From positions 1,591,821-1,655,820 of the forward strand of contig BFEA01000037.1 of assembly GCA_003427395.1 (NCBI GenBank): a stretch of DNA of 64,000 nt, given 5' to 3'. Shown piece by piece: positions 58,289-64,000 of this stretch. The notes beneath the pieces are model-generated. The model was not told the origin of the DNA, made no database searches, and saw only the letters and a list, made by a program, of their open reading frames with translations. Positions within the stretch are counted from its first letter, which is position 1. The number at the start of each line of letters is the position of its first letter. This stretch comes from Chara braunii (taxonomy: Eukaryota > Plantae > Charophyceae). The position numbers were made by a program, and so were the translations under genes.

Positions 58289-61200
58289 ACCCAAACCCNN
58301 NNNNNNNNNNNNNNNNNNNNNNNNNNNNNNNNNNNNNNNNNNNNNNNNNNNNNNNNNNNNNNNNNNNNNNNNNNNNNNNNNNNNNNNNNNNNNNNNNNNN
58401 NNNNNNNNNNNNNNNNNNNNNNNNNNNNNNNNNNNNNNNNNNNNNNNNNNNNNNNNNNNNNNNNNNNNNNNNNNNNNNNNNNNNNNNNNNNNNNNNNNNN
58501 NNNNNNNNNNNNNNNNNNNNNNNNNNNNNNNNNNNNNNNNNNNNNNNNNNNNNNNNNNNNNNNNNNNNNNNNNNNNNNNNNNNNNNNNNNNNNNNNNNNN
58601 NNNNNNNNNNNNNNNNNNNNNNNNNNNNNNNNTATGTTGCTTACCTTCCCCCCTACGCACCTGCATCGACGAACTGCAGTTCGGTGGATGCAAGAATTTT
58701 CCCGGCCCACCCTGCTAGACCCATGTTTAGGACCCCCCCGTTTTTTATTTTCTTGTCGGTTTGCCACTTCGAGGGCGTGCGGCGCCCCACCCCCACCCGA
58801 AACCCGCTCTCCTCTCCCGAAACCCCCTCCCATTTCGTCCGCGGCCACGGCCGGGGAGGTCCCGGCCACGGCCGCCGGCCGCACGGCCATGGGGAAATAT
58901 AGCTTACGGGTGACGCCAACAATGTGTCCTCTCCCGATGTTCAGTGACAACCACCTCCTCCCTATACACTCACTCGCGTGTATAGAACTGTCTTCCAAGA
59001 ACTATGACTGAGAATAACAACAGCCAGTTCAGGTGGCATGAGGGCACAAATGACTCTCCCAACCAATTTACATTGACTTAGGAGGTGAATGGTTTGGCTG
59101 CCCTATTCCGTTGAGCTGACCCGGGATAGTACAAGTAGTACGGCGTGCAATAGCAGGTAATCAAAGTCGTATCACTTGGCAACGAACGTCAACACCCTGG
59201 AAATGCGTGTTTTCTACACAAAGGTTCCTTGAAAAACCTCACCCCAGATTGATCACACATCACCTTTTAGTCCTCTGTTTTCCGTTGTTTGTGGTCACAT
59301 GTCGATCATTCCTATAACGCCCTCCTTTCATTTATTAAGATGATCTCACTCGTGATCAGTAACGATTCTCCCATCTCATCTTCTGCTCTCACTATTATCA
59401 GAGTTTGGCCCCGGTCAGAAGTTGGCAAGAACTACATACATGCTTCTGAAGATTACCATTCAGCAGATATTGTCAACGAGTAAAGCCCTCGCTTTCCCAC
59501 TCTCTCTCTCTCTGATTGAGACCGCGCGTGCAAGGCTCTCTCACTTGTTGGTTCAGGAAGTAAACTCTGGTGATGACGACCCAAAAAGCTACGCGGGCGG
59601 AGGGGATTCCTCCTGATTACAGCACAACCAAAGCGTGAGAGGACCATGAACACACACCACAAACCCCTAGTAAGTGACGCCGCTCTTGTATGCCGCCCAA
59701 TTAGAGTCTACCCCGAGTATGGTGAAGGTAAAGTATGAAGAAGGGGAGGGGGCGACCATAGTCGCTTGACACGTGCGCCAGGTACGCCATTAAAAATGAC
59801 GCCCACTAGCCGGTGACATCCCCCTGTATAGGGAAGCCCGACTCTCTTTCTTGTGTTCGACTTATCGCGCATACTCTCTCTCGCCCTCTCTCCCGCAATA
59901 GTGATTGCCCGTCTCTCTGTAACTGCCTAGCAGCCTTGGTCTCATTGTCGTCGTGAGTTGGCCTCCGGGTCATCTTCCACTGCTTCAGCAGGCGGGTGGT
60001 CCCAACGCCACTGGTCCAGTCCGTGCCAGGACTGGGTCTCCGCGTCCAAGTCGCTCGCTTCACTCTCGGCCTTGGTCTAGGTGCAGCTGTTCGCTTTCCG
60101 TCGTATTAGTTGAGGTCTCTGCCTCCAGGTACGAGACGGTCACCTTCACCTCATCCGTGACTCTGTCCCTCCTGCACCTTCTCTTGGCCCGGTCTTTGAT
60201 TTCCATAATGGTCGCCTGTAGTCCATGGTCCGCTCTCATCTCCTCCTCTTTCGCCCCCTCCACGTTTATCTTCAGCCTTGCCTCCTGGTTGCAGTGGCTG
60301 TAGTCCAAAATGGCAGTCACCATAGGCCCATCTTTCGACATTCGCTCCCACCTCCAGAGGAACTGGAGGTATTTTGGCCAATAGCCATATAGCCCATTGT
60401 TGCGCACCATAGCCACTCACTCTTGGATAGCCTCTGCTAAGAAGCAAGTCCCGTACTTGCCCTGTGCGCTCGTAACCCTAAGCAACTAGGCTTAGCAGTC
60501 CTGGCCTGAGTTGCCTTCATCCTAACACGTCTAACGTTCCTCACAACCCGCACAAAGGCACTCAGCCACACGGAGTTAGCGTCGCGCCAACGGGCTTTGC
60601 ACGCACTGCTTCTAAGCAAAGAATCCCCCTTCCTAGCTCCACGGCTTGCTACTGCTTTTATAAAGCCTAGGGGGTTGCAGTCCCAGTGTACTATACGGGG
60701 TACGTCGGATCACTTCAGGATCAATAAAAGGAAAATGAAATAAAATTTAACCCACTTCAAAATAATACTCTAGAATAACGACTATTTTTCATAGTCACTG
60801 TCCACAGTCTTTTCAGCTCACCCTGAGAAGACCACGGACACGATGCCCAGTAGTCCCATAACGGGATGCCGACTATTACGCTCCTTTCTTCGAAGGAGGT
60901 CGTTAGACTATCCCTGATGGGTATCCGTGTCCGATGGTAAGGAGGGGGCTCATGACCTCCCACAAGGTGATGAGTCTCCTACCGATGCGGTCGCGGGTGC
61001 TCTCGTTTTGGGGCCCTATACTGATTGCACCTCGTTGGACAGGTTCATAATGGCTGGAGTGCAAGGGTCGGGCAGTCTAGGCCTCCCGTATGCTGCTACC
61101 GATTTCAAAAACGAGTCGTTCGTCCCTTCCGTGAAATGACAAAGGGAGAACAAAAAATAAAAAAGGGCCACCAATAGATGGAGGTCCCCCCCCAGGTGTT

Positions 61201-62589
61201 AGCGGTGTTTGCTCTTATTAGCACCACTAACACTGACGGGGGCGTGTTTGAAAAAAAATAAAATAATAATAATAATAATAAAATAATAATAAAACAAAAT
61301 GACACTTAGGATTCATCGCAGAAAGTTACTCGTCATGATAGTCTGAAGTCCGATCCATCAGAGCAAAACCACAGTCCGGATCGGGTTGCAAATTCGACGC
61401 GTGATGTTTCTCGTTTTTCCGTTTTTTTTCTTTTCCTTTCCTTAGTTTCTTCTTACTTTGATCGCGACTGTAGTTCGTTGCACACATCCCATAACTCGGC
61501 TAGATGGTACTCGACGTGCAGCAGAAAAGGTCGCGCCGGTCCTGCTACCTCTGCGGCCCTGGGCGAGCCCGTCGGCTACCACGGCCACAAGCCGGTAGCG
61601 CTCTACTGTACAGCAGGGCGTTGAGCCTAGGTGGACCAAAGGAAAGCCCAGTGGCGCACCCCCTTCTTTTGCTAGGGCAAGCGCCAATTGGACCTGGTCC
61701 ACAACAGAATACAACCTGTACAAGCCCAACACGTCGCTGAGATCCGTAGGCTGCGAGGGGGCCTGGTGAACCAAGGAGGTTCTTAAGTAGGTGCATGATA
61801 CATAACGGGATGAGCCAACATTCGGTACACACTGGAGTGAGCAGGTTGTCGGTAGTACACAGTGAAGTTTTCCATGATTAGACGTCTGGTACGCAGTGGG
61901 AGTACGTGAGCGGGCGTCTAGTACGCAACGGAGGGTCGGGACACCGCGCCCTTAGACATGATACCAAACCCTTGCCCACCGTCCCCGCTGGGCCAAAATG
62001 GAGCAAATAACCATTTATTCGTTACCACTCCAATTCATCATAGAACTCTTTATCATAATTTTGCGCTCGATGTTAGCTTTGTGTTCAACCACTTTACTCA
62101 GATCACTTTTCTTATTCCGTTGCACATCTAGCTCACGAGATACATATAGTCGCTCTCTTGTCTCCCTTAGTAGCGCCTCCCTCTACTTTTGCAATATCCC
62201 CTCAGCCTCGATTTTCGTAGTTGCACGTCTCTTAACCTTTAATTTTTTTGGCATCATGCCTGAGGCATGTCGTGGACATGGAAGAGGGAAAGGTGGAAGA
62301 GAAGGGAAGGGTTTAAAGGAGCCAGCACCGTGCGCCTTGTAAGGGTTCAAAGGAGCCAGCATCGTGTGCCAGAAGGCACATCAGCTCGGAGTTGGATGAA
62401 GAAGAGAGGTAGGGTGTGGGACCCACTCAAGGGTCTGCCCACTCCACTCATTCCCTAGGTGGTACGAGAGAACTTCATCCCCAACGAGGATGAAATACTA
62501 TCAAAAGAAATATGAGGCACGCGACGGCGCTCCCGACACTTCTTCCCCTCCATATTCCCCAGAGCACCTATCACCCTTGCAATAAGGGA

Positions 62590-62725
62590 TAGCAAGATCA
62601 CGCAAGAGCGATGGAGACAAATGGCGCAGCGATGGAGAGAGATCGCGCAAGAGTGACAGAGAGAGATCGCGCAGAGATGGAGAGAGTTCGTGCTGGAGAA
62701 AGATGGCGCAACGATGGAGAGAGGT
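62590..62725. repeat. Degenerate short tandem repeat (gatggagagagatcgcgca-like)
   Basis: About 5 related units visible. Confidence 0.6.
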
Positions 62726-64000
62726 CACACTGTCGGTGCGGATACCCTTACAAGGGTACTCGCACTGGGTTTTTGCAGTTGACAGAGAAAATGGGTCGAT
62801 TCATAATTAATGGGAAGACCCCGCGAGTCGTAGGGGTCCGCGGGTTAAAGGTTCGGCGGTAACATCTAGGACTAGGGAGTGTGTGGGCGCGCAGGTTTGA
62901 GACGCGCGTGATTTTTCCCTCTTTGATCGCAATAGAAGACGCAGCGTGGATTCTGGTCGACGTGCTTCATTATAACAGTTGTTTGTTTTGATTAAATTGA
63001 CTAACCTATGGGCGCTCTTTTCTTTGGTTCCGCATGGTACGGTGGACGGCTCAATGAGCCTGTTTACGCGGAAATCCAGATGATGGGATCTGATGGATTT
63101 GGCTAAGGATGGGTAGGCCGACGTGAGTTTGGGTGGTCCTCTGTGCAAGTGTGGGCCGGGAAGTGGCGTAGGGCGTTTCCTTGGCCCCAAGGGCCGTGCG
63201 CTACCTCTTTATAAGGTGAGTCAAGCCTGCTGGTACCAGGCTTGGGCCTACCCTATAGGTTACAACACCAGACTGGTACGCAGCAGAAGCAGGGATCGAG
63301 GCCAACAGCAGGCGGCGTGGGAGCGGAGCATGGTGAAAAGGCTTGAGGGGTTGATGGGCCTGTGGGACTATCCCCCTCGCCTTTTGTTGCCGCAGGGCCG
63401 AGCGTGGGGCTGACGGGCAGGCTGGGAGGGGTGTTGTGGTCCCCGCCCGACTACCGCTCGTCCCCGTTGTATATATATATATATATATATTCTATTTGAC
63501 GATATATATATCTAATCTTATTTAGCTATTATTATTATCGCGCCCGTATGTGGACGCGGAAACACAGCGGGAGCACACCGTTGAGCTGTTGAAATCCCGA
63601 CCTGAGTTCGGAGTTGGATGATGGGACTTGACGAGTAAAATCGATTAACCAGAGGGCGGTCATCCCCGCGGCCCCGGCAGTGTCCCTCGGGGTATCCGGT
63701 GACACTTGAAGCGATAGGAGGGAGGACTACATGGCCTCGGTGCAGGGATGAAAAGGGTAAAAGGCGGGGGCCGACGGCACTCGAGTACCGCCGGGCCAAT
63801 TGGTCGAAGTACGAGACGCTAGTGACTGCACTACGAGGTGTTGGTGGTTGACTGCAACAGGGAGAAGGACAAATGAGATGAGGGAGAAAGAGGCCGGTAG
63901 AGCGGTAGCAGTTCCGCACCCTGGGGAGGGATTTTTTTTGTCATTTTAGTTTACCATCCTTTTTTTGCATTCTATGTTATTTCGCTCTCATTACTATCCG

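Larger units (their letters stand above)
52494..58902 (+). mobile_element. Complete hAT-superfamily DNA transposon (contains two assembly gaps)
   Basis: 8-bp TSD cttacggg at 52486-52493 and 58903-58910; TIR ctatatt / aatatag; CGGCCG-rich subterminal repeats; transposase inside. Confidence 0.95.

Overview
Eukaryotic nuclear DNA made almost entirely of transposon and organelle-derived debris; I find no intact host gene. A charophyte alga such as Chara is the most likely source (inference from a mitochondrial-type trnN exon with a group II intron and Met-primed chromoviruses). Positions 2631-35277 form a four-level nest that can be rebuilt from target-site duplications (TSDs). A minus-strand solo LTR (F, TSD gttc) was split by a ~4.0-kb TG..CA non-coding element (E, TSD acgg). 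E received two full-length, decayed chromodomain-bearing Ty3/gypsy elements (A, 3963-21329, TSD cagg; C, 21445-31730, TSD ttggc), and a third (B, 6840-15609, TSD ctta) sits inside the gag of A. A truncated relative of C (D) follows at 35438-~39480. About 41.0-45.1 kb is a scrambled nuclear insertion of mitochondrial DNA (NUMT) with trnI, trnK, a trnN exon, LSU rRNA exons and group I/II intron pieces. A complete hAT transposon (52494-58902, 8-bp TSD) carries one very long transposase frame broken only by TAG stops. The most novel-looking signal is a non-autonomous DNA transposon family with ACCACCAGTAC terminal inverted repeats (TIRs) that inserts at TTAA; it occurs twice, and an empty-site paralogue for each copy lies inside this window. 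Positions 45.5-52.5 kb and 58.9-64 kb remain largely unexplained.
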